A stretch of 55,339 nt of DNA from Candidatus Saccharibacteria bacterium RIFCSPHIGHO2_12_FULL_47_17 (GCA_001790575.1 MGCV01000004.1:1-55339), one strand, 5' to 3'. Shown: positions 25,693-34,104, counted from the first letter of the stretch. The notes: generated by a model from the letters alone, not told the origin. A program made the numbers and translations.

Positions 25693-28689
25693 ATGAGAAA
25701 TCCTTTTAGGAGAGTTAAACTTAAGCGAGCGAGACGCAGAAGCAGAAACTTAATCAAAACCCGCAGCGGCAAAGTTCTTAAGGTTCACCGTACCGTTGGC
25801 CAGCGTTGGCAAAACGTACGAAATTCAAAATCGCGGCGCAAGGTCGATCGGATGCGAGGTTTGCCAAAATCACGCTTTAAGCGTTTTATCTGGCGGCTTC
25901 ATCCTAAACGGCTAGCGGCTTACTGGTTTAGCCGAGATGGTGCCATCATGGCGCTGAAAATTGTCGGTATTTCGATTGTTGTCTTCTTCGTTTTAACGAT
26001 GGCGATTTTCGCCTATTTTAGAAAAGATTTACCCAACATCAAAGATATATCGGGCAGCGCACTGGGAGGCAGCATTAGTTATTATGATCGAACCGGAAAA
26101 ACCCTGCTCTGGGAAGATTATGACGCAATTAAACGCGTTCCGGTTGAGGGCAGTGAAATCTCTCAATATATTAAGGACGCCACGGTTGCCATCGAGGACC
26201 GCGATTTTTATAAACATCGCGGCTTTGACTTAAAGGGTATTATCCGGGCGGCTTTTAACGATATCTTTAAGCGTGGCGCTAAACAAGGCGGCTCAACTAT
26301 TACCCAACAGCTAGTTAAGATAGACCGCGGTTGGAGCGAGCAACGGACTGTCACCAATAAGATTAAAGAGATAATCCTGGCGGTTGAACTGGAACGAACC
26401 TATACCAAAGATGAGATTTTAACTGGTTATTTGAACGCCGCCCCCTACGGCGGTGTCGATTATGGCGCCCAGGCTGCCGCCGGCGATTATTTCCATAAAT
26501 CAGCCAAAGATTTGACCTTGCCCGAGTCGGCCATGCTAGCAGCTATCCCTAAGTCGCCGTCAATTTATTCGCCCTATAATAAGGAGTTTTTTGATCGCGA
26601 GGCGTTCATTAGCCGCTACAATTATGTGCTTGATTCGATGGTCCAAATCGGCAAGCTCAAAAAGGAACAAGCCGAAGAAGCCAAGAAAGTAGACGTTTTG
26701 GCAACCGTTCTACCTCAGCAAACTAAGTACGCCGGTATCAAGGACCCTTATTTTGTCCTGGCTGCCAAAAACGAGTTAACTGCCCGTTTCGCGCCCAGCG
26801 GTTCGTCCACCAAGGCTAAAATTGGTGGCTGGAAGGTGATAACTACACTGGACCTTGGCTTGCAAGCCGAGGCCGAAAATCAAGTTAATAAGGGTCTGGC
26901 GCAGGTTAGGCGCCAAGGCGGGGATGTGGCCGCTTTTGTCGCCGAGGACGTCCAGACTGGCCAAATGGTGGCGCTGGTTGGTGGGGTTGATTTTACTAAC
27001 CCCGAATACGGCCAGATTAACTACGCTCAGACAGCGCTGCCACCGGGATCCAGCTTCAAGCCCTATGATTATACGGCTTTGATAGAACATGGTAACGCCG
27101 GCGCTGGCTCAGTTTTATATGATATTGTCGGCCCTCTACCTGGTTACCCGTGTACCAACAAGGCCCATCCCAGGTCCGGTGGTAACTGTCTGCAAAATTA
27201 CGATTTTCGTTCGCCCGGCCCAGAAAGCTTGCGCTACGCGCTGGCTGGTTCCCGCAATATCCCAGCTGTTAAAGCCATGTTAATAACCGGCGTTGACAAA
27301 ACCATTCAGACCGCCGAAGCTATGGGACTTCGCTCCGGTTACAAATGTTATGCCGATACCGCCCTGACCAAAACCACTCAATGTTACGGTGCCTCGGCCA
27401 TTGGTGATGGTGCTTTTTTGCACTTAGATGAGCATGTCCATGGTTTTGCAACGCTGTCGCGAATGGGTGTTTATCTCAAGCAAACTTACATACTGGAAGT
27501 CAAAGATTCGGCCGACAAAACTCTTTACAAATGGCAGCAACCAACTAAAGAACCAGACCGCAAACAAGTTATTCGCCCCGAAACAGCCTATATTGTTACT
27601 GATATGATATCAGATCCCAAGGCCAGTTACTTGTCTGGTGGGCGGCCCAAGCCACAGCGTTACAACGGTTGGAATTTTGGTATTAAGACTGGCACCACTA
27701 ACGACGCCAAAGACGGCTTGATGATGGGCATGTCAACCAAATACGCCGCCGGAGTTTGGGTCGGTTATCATACCAGGCAAAAAGCCATGAGCGGCTTTAT
27801 GGAAAATATGACCCAACCAATTCTGACCGGCTGGATGAACAGCGTTCACAAAGACATCAAGCCGGTTAACTGGAGCCAGCCGCCGGGCATCCAGAGGCTG
27901 CCGGCCTTTGTAGTAACCGCCCACGTTGGTGTTGGTTCAGTTGAGCCGAGTCCCAGTACTGATCTGTTTCCGTCCTGGTATAAACCGCGTGACGGCGTCT
28001 CTGCCGGTTCGTCCACCATTGATAAGGTTTCTAACAAAAAGGCCACTTCCTGCACACCGGCACTGGCTAAACAGACCATTTCTGGCAGCACCAGTGCCGA
28101 GAAATTCTCGGTTGATACATTTTATGGTTCATTGGCGGTCGCCTCTGGCAATGCTAGTCAACAAGATGATGTTCATTCCTGCTCCGACAGCTTACCGGCA
28201 ATTACTTTAACAATTAGTGGTAATACACTGACCGCCACGGCCACGGCTGGTACTCATCCTTTCAGTGACGGGAAGTACCCACAATTTCCTGGCACCATTA
28301 ATTTCATTGTTGACGGTGTGGTAGTTAAGACCTACAGCGATTTAACAGATTCACCGGTCACCAGGTCCCATGAATGGACTGGCGCCGCCGGCGCGCACAG
28401 TGTAACTGTACAGGTTATCGACAGCGTGCTTTATGAAGCTTTAGATAGCGGTACGCTCAACGCCAGCCAAGGCCTGACTTTTGATTCGGCTAAGGCCGAC
28501 GGTGGTCAAACCAAATTCAAATGGTCTGGCGGCACAGCACCTTACACAGTTACCAGAACGGACACCAGTACAGAGTTATGTTCAACCAATGGCAACGATT
28601 GTGAAGTTTTGGTTGCTGCAGCGCCAGCCGGCACACCGGTTAGAGTGACAGACGCCAACGGTAGCTCAACCGATACTACTGTCAGCTAA
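25693..28689 (+). CDS. class A penicillin-binding protein (glycosyltransferase plus transpeptidase) with extensions
   Basis: 998 aa. GT51 motifs: EDRDFYKHRG, GGSTITQQL, RTYTKDEIL. The transpeptidase SxxK is GSSFKP; the KTGT motif is present. It has an Arg/Lys-rich N-terminus before the TM helix and about 280 aa of Thr/Ser/Gly-rich C-terminal extension. Confidence 0.9.
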   Translation: MRNPFRRVKLKRARRRSRNLIKTRSGKVLKVHRTVGQRWQNVRNSKSRRKVDRMRGLPKSRFKRFIWRLHPKRLAAYWFSRDGAIMALKIVGISIVVFFVLTMAIFAYFRKDLPNIKDISGSALGGSISYYDRTGKTLLWEDYDAIKRVPVEGSEISQYIKDATVAIEDRDFYKHRGFDLKGIIRAAFNDIFKRGAKQGGSTITQQLVKIDRGWSEQRTVTNKIKEIILAVELERTYTKDEILTGYLNAAPYGGVDYGAQAAAGDYFHKSAKDLTLPESAMLAAIPKSPSIYSPYNKEFFDREAFISRYNYVLDSMVQIGKLKKEQAEEAKKVDVLATVLPQQTKYAGIKDPYFVLAAKNELTARFAPSGSSTKAKIGGWKVITTLDLGLQAEAENQVNKGLAQVRRQGGDVAAFVAEDVQTGQMVALVGGVDFTNPEYGQINYAQTALPPGSSFKPYDYTALIEHGNAGAGSVLYDIVGPLPGYPCTNKAHPRSGGNCLQNYDFRSPGPESLRYALAGSRNIPAVKAMLITGVDKTIQTAEAMGLRSGYKCYADTALTKTTQCYGASAIGDGAFLHLDEHVHGFATLSRMGVYLKQTYILEVKDSADKTLYKWQQPTKEPDRKQVIRPETAYIVTDMISDPKASYLSGGRPKPQRYNGWNFGIKTGTTNDAKDGLMMGMSTKYAAGVWVGYHTRQKAMSGFMENMTQPILTGWMNSVHKDIKPVNWSQPPGIQRLPAFVVTAHVGVGSVEPSPSTDLFPSWYKPRDGVSAGSSTIDKVSNKKATSCTPALAKQTISGSTSAEKFSVDTFYGSLAVASGNASQQDDVHSCSDSLPAITLTISGNTLTATATAGTHPFSDGKYPQFPGTINFIVDGVVVKTYSDLTDSPVTRSHEWTGAAGAHSVTVQVIDSVLYEALDSGTLNASQGLTFDSAKADGGQTKFKWSGGTAPYTVTRTDTSTELCSTNGNDCEVLVAAAPAGTPVRVTDANGSSTDTTVS

Positions 28690-30032
28690 TCTTTTTCCAA
28701 AAAAGTATTTAGGGCCGAACGCACATCTGTGACTGACAGCAGCAGTGGCGGTTTTTTGCCAGACAGAACTTGTGGACCAATAGCCGCTTTAAAACCCAAC
28801 TTTTTGGCCTCAGCCAGCCTTTTTTCCAAGTAGCTGACGTGGCGGATTTCGCCGGATAGTCCCACTTCGCCAAAAACGACCGCATTTTTCTTAAGCTGCA
28901 AACCCTTAGCGGCACTGCCGATGGCCATACAAATGGCCAGATCAGCCGCCGGCTCATTCAATCTAATACCACCAACCACATTAATATAAACATCTTTGTC
29001 AGCCAGTTTGAGCTTGGTACGTCGTTCCAACATAGCAATCAGTAGATTAACGCGATTAAGATCTATGCCGCTGGCTGTGCGTTTAGGGTAGCCGTAGCTA
29101 GTGGGGTTAACCAAAGCTTGGATTTCAACTAGCAGTGGGCGGCTACCTTCCATAGCAGCGTGGACTACCGAACCGTCAGTCACCTGCCTTTCGGCTAATA
29201 GGGCGGCCGATGGATTAGCTACCGGCATCAGGCCTTTTTCGGCCATCTCCAAAATGGCCGTCTCGGTGGTTGCCCCGTAACGATTTTTGGTCGCTCGTAG
29301 CAACTTAAAACCACCGTAAGTCTCGCCTTCCAGCTGTAGGACGGTGTCAACCATGTGTTCAAGCACCTTTGGGCCGGCGATCGAACCTTCTTTGGTAACG
29401 TGTCCTACTAAAATCAAGGCCGTGTTGGCGGTTTTGGCGGCCGCCCCGATCAGCCGCGTAGCATTGGTTATCTGGCTGACCGTACCGGCCGAGCTGCTAA
29501 TTTCGTTAACTGCCATGGTCTGAATCGAATCAATAACGACTACGTTAAAGCTGCCCTGACTGATGGTAGCGGCGACGTCGTTGGCGACCGTCGAGATAGC
29601 CAGCTGCAAATTTTTGGCAGCTGCTCCCAAGCGTTCGGCCCGCATGGCGACTTGGCGGGCCGATTCTTCGCCGCTAACATATAAGACTTTGCTCCTGGCG
29701 GCCACCTGATGAGCGACTTGCAAAAGCAGCGTGCTCTTGCCGACTCCCGGCGGACCGGCTAATAACACGACGCTGCCGGCTACCAAGCCGCCACCCAAGA
29801 CTCCGTCAATATCAGCTATACCGCTGCTCAGCCTTGGCAACTTGGTGGCTGAGGCTTCGGCCACGGATACGGCTTTGAGTATATCGCCACCGGCTTTAGC
29901 TTCGCTCCCGCCAACGGCCACTTGTTCTTCCAGACTATTCCACTCGCCACAATTAGAGCAGCGACCGGTCCACGATGAGGTAACATTGCCGCAGACACTG
30001 CAAACGTATCTAACCCCCAATTTTTTAGCCAT
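28686..30032 (-). CDS. radA: DNA repair protein RadA
   Basis: 448 aa with an N-terminal Cx2C...Cx2C zinc finger, GPPGVGKST (Walker A), the KNRYG motif and a Lon-like C-terminal domain. Confidence 0.95.
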   Translation of the reverse strand: MAKKLGVRYVCSVCGNVTSSWTGRCSNCGEWNSLEEQVAVGGSEAKAGGDILKAVSVAEASATKLPRLSSGIADIDGVLGGGLVAGSVVLLAGPPGVGKSTLLLQVAHQVAARSKVLYVSGEESARQVAMRAERLGAAAKNLQLAISTVANDVAATISQGSFNVVVIDSIQTMAVNEISSSAGTVSQITNATRLIGAAAKTANTALILVGHVTKEGSIAGPKVLEHMVDTVLQLEGETYGGFKLLRATKNRYGATTETAILEMAEKGLMPVANPSAALLAERQVTDGSVVHAAMEGSRPLLVEIQALVNPTSYGYPKRTASGIDLNRVNLLIAMLERRTKLKLADKDVYINVVGGIRLNEPAADLAICMAIGSAAKGLQLKKNAVVFGEVGLSGEIRHVSYLEKRLAEAKKLGFKAAIGPQVLSGKKPPLLLSVTDVRSALNTFLEKD

Positions 30033-30075
30033 ACAAAATAGCGTACTCCGTTGATAAAACGTCGTAAAGCGCTAT

Positions 30076-30197
30076 TAAATTTCTAATTCCTAATTGCTCT
30101 AATTATTCTAAACAAATCCTAAATTCTAAATCCCAAAGTTTGGATATTAAGTTATTTGGTCATTATTTAGGTCAATTAGAAATTAGGTCAATTAGGT
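30076..30197. repeat. CTAATT/AATTAG word-repeat element upstream of radA
   Basis: It shares a 29-bp identical block and two TTAGGTCAATTAG blocks with 15517-15633. The minus strand reads TTGACCTAATTGACCTAATTTCTAATTGACC, which gives three TTGACC hexamers. Confidence 0.7.
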
Positions 30198-30204
30198 CAA
30201 TTTA

Positions 30205-30226
30205 AATACTTGACTAGTCAAGTATT
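30205..30226. repeat. 22-bp perfect palindrome
   Basis: AATACTTGACT|AGTCAAGTATT starts 1 nt beyond the stop of the 326-aa gene. No U-tract follows. Confidence 0.6.
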
Positions 30227-30227
30227 C

Positions 30228-31208
30228 TTACTGCGTTGTGGTGGCTTCGACTCTGGTGTCAATCGCGCCGTACAAACTACGCAACTCGCCGGCAATCGAG
30301 TTATATTGTTCCAAAATGGCGTTATAGCTGTTAACATCGCGCCTGTAAGCCGCGACTTGTTGGTTAAAGGCTTCAACCTTGGCGTTGAAACTATCAACCG
30401 CGGCGTTATACTCCTGCGTCCGGCCGGAACTACGCAGGTTGTCCAGTTTGGCACGTTCAGCGTTAATGGCCGAAATCTCGGCCTTAAGGGCTTGCTCCTG
30501 GCTATTGATCTTATCTCTTAAGGCATTCAGTTGAGCCTCCAAGGCTTTGGCGCTAGTGGTGCGGCTGGTGAATTCGGCTTCGTAGCGGGATGAGAACTCA
30601 ACAACCGCTTGGCGGGATTTAAAGTAGCGCTGATAATAAGTCTCCATCGCCGGCGGTAAGCTGGCAATTTCAGTTGCAAAAATGGAGTGCATTTCGTTAA
30701 TCAGATCATCCGGTTCGGTCTTTTTATACGACTTAATTGTTTCTTTGATCCGCTCATCGCCAAGTTGATTTTTGTAATAATCTTCCAGCTGCTGGTTGAT
30801 ATATTCTTTGTCTTTACTACTTAGTCTGTCGTAGGCAGCATGCAACATCTCGTGGGCAGCGGTAACTTGAGCAATGCCGGACAAGCGCTGATCTTTAACA
30901 ACGTAAACGTATATGCCTTGCTGGTTGGGCTGATAACAGCCCAGAACGATCGTCTGTTCGCTGATGGTGCAGCTACTTCGGAAAGTCTCTACCTGATCTA
31001 ATAGTTGCGGATGATTAACATAAAACATGTGCCTGGCCTGGTCCGTCATCTGGGTATCGGTCGCCAAAGCCGCGATAGCCGGCGTCGGCTGATAGCTCCG
31101 TAGGCGCCACCAATCAAAAATCGCCTGGCGTTGCCAAAACCCAACTAGCGGTAGGGCGAGAATCGCCAGCACCACCAGATTCTTGGCTAATTTTCTAAAA
31201 ATCCTCAC
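30228..31208 (-). CDS. membrane-anchored HExxH protein with coiled-coil C-terminus
   Basis: 326 aa with an N-terminal TM helix (LVVLAILALPLVGF), AAHEMLHAAYD (a zinc-metallopeptidase-type HExxH) and about 110 aa of heptad-like Q/A/E/N-rich C-terminus. Confidence 0.6.
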   Translation of the reverse strand: MRIFRKLAKNLVVLAILALPLVGFWQRQAIFDWWRLRSYQPTPAIAALATDTQMTDQARHMFYVNHPQLLDQVETFRSSCTISEQTIVLGCYQPNQQGIYVYVVKDQRLSGIAQVTAAHEMLHAAYDRLSSKDKEYINQQLEDYYKNQLGDERIKETIKSYKKTEPDDLINEMHSIFATEIASLPPAMETYYQRYFKSRQAVVEFSSRYEAEFTSRTTSAKALEAQLNALRDKINSQEQALKAEISAINAERAKLDNLRSSGRTQEYNAAVDSFNAKVEAFNQQVAAYRRDVNSYNAILEQYNSIAGELRSLYGAIDTRVEATTTQ

Positions 31209-31228
31209 GACTTTATTAAGTATAACAA

Positions 31229-31245
31229 GCGCCGGGCTCCCCGCC
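31229..31245 (+). repeat. island repeat copy a (degenerate)
   Basis: GCGCCGGGCTCCCCGCC, the core of the CCGGCGGGCTCY family. Confidence 0.45.
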
Positions 31246-31260
31246 AGCTGACCGCTAAAC

Positions 31261-31281
31261 GCATAGGGTGTAACCCTATGC
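31261..31281. other. 8-bp stem hairpin
   Basis: GCATAGGG-tgtaa-CCCTATGC, lying between island repeat copies a and b. Confidence 0.5.
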
Positions 31282-31288
31282 GCCCTGG

Positions 31289-31307
31289 CCGACGGGCTCT
31301 ATCCACG
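31289..31307 (+). repeat. island repeat copy b
   Basis: CCGACGGGCTCTATCCACG. The 3' half is identical to copy h (GGGCTCTATCCAC). Confidence 0.5.
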
Positions 31308-31333
31308 TTTTCATAGACAAAAATTAGGAGTTA

Positions 31334-31342
31334 TGTTATAGT
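31334..31342 (+). promoter_or_regulatory. extended -10 (TGTTATAGT), leaderless geometry
   Basis: TGTTATAGT-atccta-ATG(31349). Confidence 0.4.
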
Positions 31343-31348
31343 ATCCTA

Positions 31349-32092
31349 ATGTCTCAGATAAAAACATTTGGTGTGATAGGCTCCGGGGAGTTCGGTCCAG
31401 TAGTCGCTCAACATCTAGCACCTACAGGCGCTGAGGTATTTGTATTTGATAAGAATCCCGATGCGCCTACGCCACCGGGCGCCAAAAAAGCCGGTTTTAC
31501 AGCTGTTACTGGTGCGAATGTTATTGTTTTAGCCGTCCCTTACGATTCTTACGAATCGCTTCTACCCCAACTAGCTGCTCAATCTCACCCTGACTCATTA
31601 ATCGTAGATGTTTGCTCAGTAAAGATGAAACCAACGGCTTCCTTTAATGCACATGGCTTAATAACACGAGGCAATTTTCTGATGACTCATCCGTTATTCG
31701 GACCTCAGACAGCTGGTAGCGGCATAGAGGGCAAAAATCTCGCAGTTACTTACCAAGCCGGGAGATTAGCAGAACAGTTACTTGAGGTCTGGCAACAAAA
31801 AGGTGTCAATATCGTTGAAATGTGTGCGACTAAGCACGATCTTGAAATGGCTAAAGTGCATGTACTTACCTTCTTTGTCGGGCGGACCTTACTTGAAATG
31901 GGTATTGAGCCATCGCCATTAAACACCCCCTACTACAGCGAGTTGTTGGATTTAGTGGAGGTTGAACGGCATCATAGTCTGGAGCTGTTTTATACGATAC
32001 AGCGGCATAATCCGTTTGCGGCTGGAATGCGCCGAAAGTTTATAGCTAAGCTTCAAGAACTTGATGACCGGATATTAGCCCAATTAGCTTAA
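31349..32092 (+). CDS. prephenate/arogenate dehydrogenase family protein (TyrA-like)
   Basis: 247 aa with an N-terminal Rossmann GVIGSGEFG, DVCSVK, HPLFGP and an HD..MA.VH.L helix region, in the order typical of TyrA-type dehydrogenases. Confidence 0.65.
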   Translation: MSQIKTFGVIGSGEFGPVVAQHLAPTGAEVFVFDKNPDAPTPPGAKKAGFTAVTGANVIVLAVPYDSYESLLPQLAAQSHPDSLIVDVCSVKMKPTASFNAHGLITRGNFLMTHPLFGPQTAGSGIEGKNLAVTYQAGRLAEQLLEVWQQKGVNIVEMCATKHDLEMAKVHVLTFFVGRTLLEMGIEPSPLNTPYYSELLDLVEVERHHSLELFYTIQRHNPFAAGMRRKFIAKLQELDDRILAQLA

Positions 32093-32135
32093 AGAGCTAT
32101 ATGGCGGCCTTTTTATTGTTTTCAGAAGAGAAAGG

Positions 32136-32163
32136 CCGGCGGGCTCTGTTCGCTTACCCCTAT
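32136..32163 (+). repeat. island repeat copy c
   Basis: CCGGCGGGCTCTGTTCGCTTACCCCTAT. Confidence 0.6.
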
Positions 32164-32427
32164 TTAGCCTTGAATAGCAAATCTTCCGAGATGACTTTGT
32201 GCACATTCGCCTGACTCTCGTCCCTTAACAGCGTACAAGACGTTCATTTGAGTATAGACAATCGTTTCCTCTGTACAGCCTGGAACTTGGCAGCTCACTA
32301 TGTCACCCTCTTCAGTAGCTCCCACTGTGGCTCCCTCGATTGTTATTAGGTCATCTCGTGGAATTTCGTGATGCTTTAAACCTGTAGCAGAACTTAAAGC
32401 TTCAGCAAGGCATCTTCCGCCTGCCAT
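32164..32427 (-). CDS. hypothetical small protein
   Basis: 87-aa ORF with 4 Cys, bounded on both sides by island repeats. No homology recognised. Confidence 0.35.
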   Translation of the reverse strand: MAGGRCLAEALSSATGLKHHEIPRDDLITIEGATVGATEEGDIVSCQVPGCTEETIVYTQMNVLYAVKGRESGECAQSHLGRFAIQG

Positions 32428-32496
32428 TTTTAACTCCTTATTTACGCTACTAGAGTAGTCTTTGCGTAAGAAAATGCAAGCACGAGCGGCTTGAAG

Positions 32497-32511
32497 CCGG
32501 CGGGCTCCCGC
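32497..32511 (+). repeat. island repeat copy d
   Basis: CCGGCGGGCTCCCGC. Confidence 0.55.
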
Positions 32512-32514
32512 AGT

Positions 32515-32844
32515 TTACTGTTCGACGTCTAAAAGGTAGCTAGCTTCATCAACTATCTTCTCTACTCCGCCTGGATAGCCACAGAACATATAGGTCGGCG
32601 GGTTAGGAAGATGAGCAGAACGACTGAGATCTGGAGTTTCTCGGCCGTGACAATTATCGCGCAGCGCAGAACCGAATTTTTCAGCTGCGGTATCAACCGG
32701 GATAGCTTGCCGGAGCGCCATATAGGCAAGCTTATTTGCAGCCAGCAACATTAAATCACAGGTACGGCAATTGTCAGGTGCCGCATCAATAATGACACCG
32801 GTTGCTACGATCAGTTCAGCCGTATCCACCTCTATCTCAGTCAT
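32515..32844 (-). CDS. hypothetical small protein
   Basis: 109-aa ORF with a CxxC plus 2 further Cys, bounded by island repeats. Confidence 0.35.
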   Translation of the reverse strand: MTEIEVDTAELIVATGVIIDAAPDNCRTCDLMLLAANKLAYMALRQAIPVDTAAEKFGSALRDNCHGRETPDLSRSAHLPNPPTYMFCGYPGGVEKIVDEASYLLDVEQ

Positions 32845-32883
32845 AGCCAGAACTATGCGAGAAATACCTTAAAAAGTCAAACC

Positions 32884-32930
32884 CCGGCGGGCTCCGCCAA
32901 TTGGGCGGACAAAGTCTATTCCCTTTCACC
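32884..32930 (+). repeat. island repeat copy e (long form)
   Basis: CCGGCGGGCTCC-gccaattgggc-GGACAAAGTCTATTCCCTTTCACC, with an internal TCCGCC/GGCGGA hairpin. Confidence 0.65.
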
Positions 32931-32989
32931 ACGCTTATGCTTGCACTTGATCCGATATAGCAATAAAGTATCATCAAATAAGGACTTAA

Positions 32990-33361
32990 ATGAGACCGGC
33001 TTTTTTGCGCGAAATAAGATATCAAGAAGAAGATGCGGCTTCTCATATGCCCATTGAGGGAGCTTTTCCGACCATTCTAGCGGGAGTAGCATCAATAGTA
33101 TTGGGCCGACATGAGCTTGAGATAGTACAAACTGCCGAACGGGTTGCGGTCGAGGGCGCAGTGGGAGAAGTTGTAGTGGTTGGCCTGGAGCACTGGAACC
33201 CCGGATCCCAAGGTGAATTTACCGACGATGAATTAGCCAGAGAACTAGGTGGAAAGATTATACAAGACTGGGAAGAAACAATAGCTAGACTTGAAGTTGA
33301 AGGACTAGCGCATATTGACAGGCTCCATAGTCTTCCCGAAGAGCAGCCACAAGCTACCTAA
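32990..33361 (+). CDS. hypothetical small acidic protein
   Basis: 123-aa ORF with an AAGGA SD 5 nt upstream. An alternative ATG lies at 33047. Bounded by island repeats. Confidence 0.35.
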   Translation: MRPAFLREIRYQEEDAASHMPIEGAFPTILAGVASIVLGRHELEIVQTAERVAVEGAVGEVVVVGLEHWNPGSQGEFTDDELARELGGKIIQDWEETIARLEVEGLAHIDRLHSLPEEQPQAT

Positions 33362-33362
33362 T

Positions 33363-33421
33363 CCGGCGGGCTCCCGCCTTCGCCAAGGCTTTGCGGACAA
33401 AGTCTGTTCCCTTTCCCCTAT
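33363..33421 (+). repeat. island repeat copy f (long form)
   Basis: CCGGCGGGCTCC-cgccttcgccaaggctttgc-GGACAAAGTCTGTTCCCTTTCCCCTAT, with an internal GCCTT/AAGGC hairpin. Confidence 0.65.
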
Positions 33422-33708
33422 TTGTTTAGCGATTTTTTTAGCGTTCGCTTATAGAAATGTACCCAGCAAAGAACTAATAAGGCGAGACAAGCCGTAGCAC
33501 CTAGAATCATAGTTATTGTGCCTCGGGTCGTGGGCTGCAAATCCGACGACGCTGAGGCGCCGTAGCCGCCAAGGGTACCACCTTCTGAAAATCCTACCCC
33601 AATTCCAAGGATAAAATAAAACAAGCCGACAAACGGAAGAAGTATTAAGGTCGCAATAGATGCGATTGCAATAGCGCGCTTGCGGATCTGAGATGAATAC
33701 ACGTGCAT
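33418..33708 (-). CDS. small membrane protein (2 predicted TM helices)
   Basis: 96 aa with hydrophobic stretches IAIASIATLILLPFVGLFYFILGIGVGF and ITMILGATACLALLVLCWV. Confidence 0.45.
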   Translation of the reverse strand: MHVYSSQIRKRAIAIASIATLILLPFVGLFYFILGIGVGFSEGGTLGGYGASASSDLQPTTRGTITMILGATACLALLVLCWVHFYKRTLKKSLNK

Positions 33709-33720
33709 ATCATATCAAAC

Positions 33721-33748
33721 CCGGCGGGCTCTATTCGCTCCGCCCCCC
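33721..33748 (+). repeat. island repeat copy g
   Basis: CCGGCGGGCTCTATTCGCTCCGCCCCCC. Confidence 0.6.
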
Positions 33749-33799
33749 ACGTAAATTTTTACAATAGAATTTGCTCAGTCAGAGGTTTACAATTGAATC

Positions 33800-34084
33800 A
33801 TGACCAACAAAAAGGACTACTCGGAAGTTTTGCTTGAGGATATGAACAGTAAGTTCAAACTAATTCTCGAAGCCGTCGGCGGCATGCAAGACCAAGTTAA
33901 GAAGATCCCGAAGATGGCCGAGCAAATTGAAAAAATTGAATACGAAATCAATGCTATACGATTAGATACTTCATTTACCCGCGATGGTGTAAGCCTTGTA
34001 AAAATCAGGACCGAGAAGCTTGAGGCCCTTCAGGAAGATGTGACTGACCTCCAGAAAAGAGTCAAAGCCCTAGAGTCAGCTTAA
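33800..34084 (+). CDS. small coiled-coil protein
   Basis: 94-aa ORF, heptad-like and E/K/L-rich. Confidence 0.45.
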   Translation: MTNKKDYSEVLLEDMNSKFKLILEAVGGMQDQVKKIPKMAEQIEKIEYEINAIRLDTSFTRDGVSLVKIRTEKLEALQEDVTDLQKRVKALESA

Positions 34085-34087
34085 ACA

Positions 34088-34104
34088 CCTGGGCTCTATC
34101 CACC
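34088..34104 (+). repeat. island repeat copy h (degenerate)
   Basis: CCTGGGCTCTATCCACC. Confidence 0.5.

Noticed and set aside
32837-33497. ORFs 32837..33046 (-) and 33315..33497 (+), plus 35765..36082 (-), 35929..36138 (+) and 36148..36429 (-).
   Set aside because: They run across the island repeats or lie inside or antisense to the GHKL gene, and they have no independent signals.
31229-34104. Classical integron (attC array) interpretation of the island repeats.
   Set aside because: There is no intI in the window. I could not find the R''/R' core sites (RYYYAAC/GTTRRRY). ORF orientation alternates, and most copies are too short for attC. I keep it only as an analogy; an unrelated recombination system remains possible.
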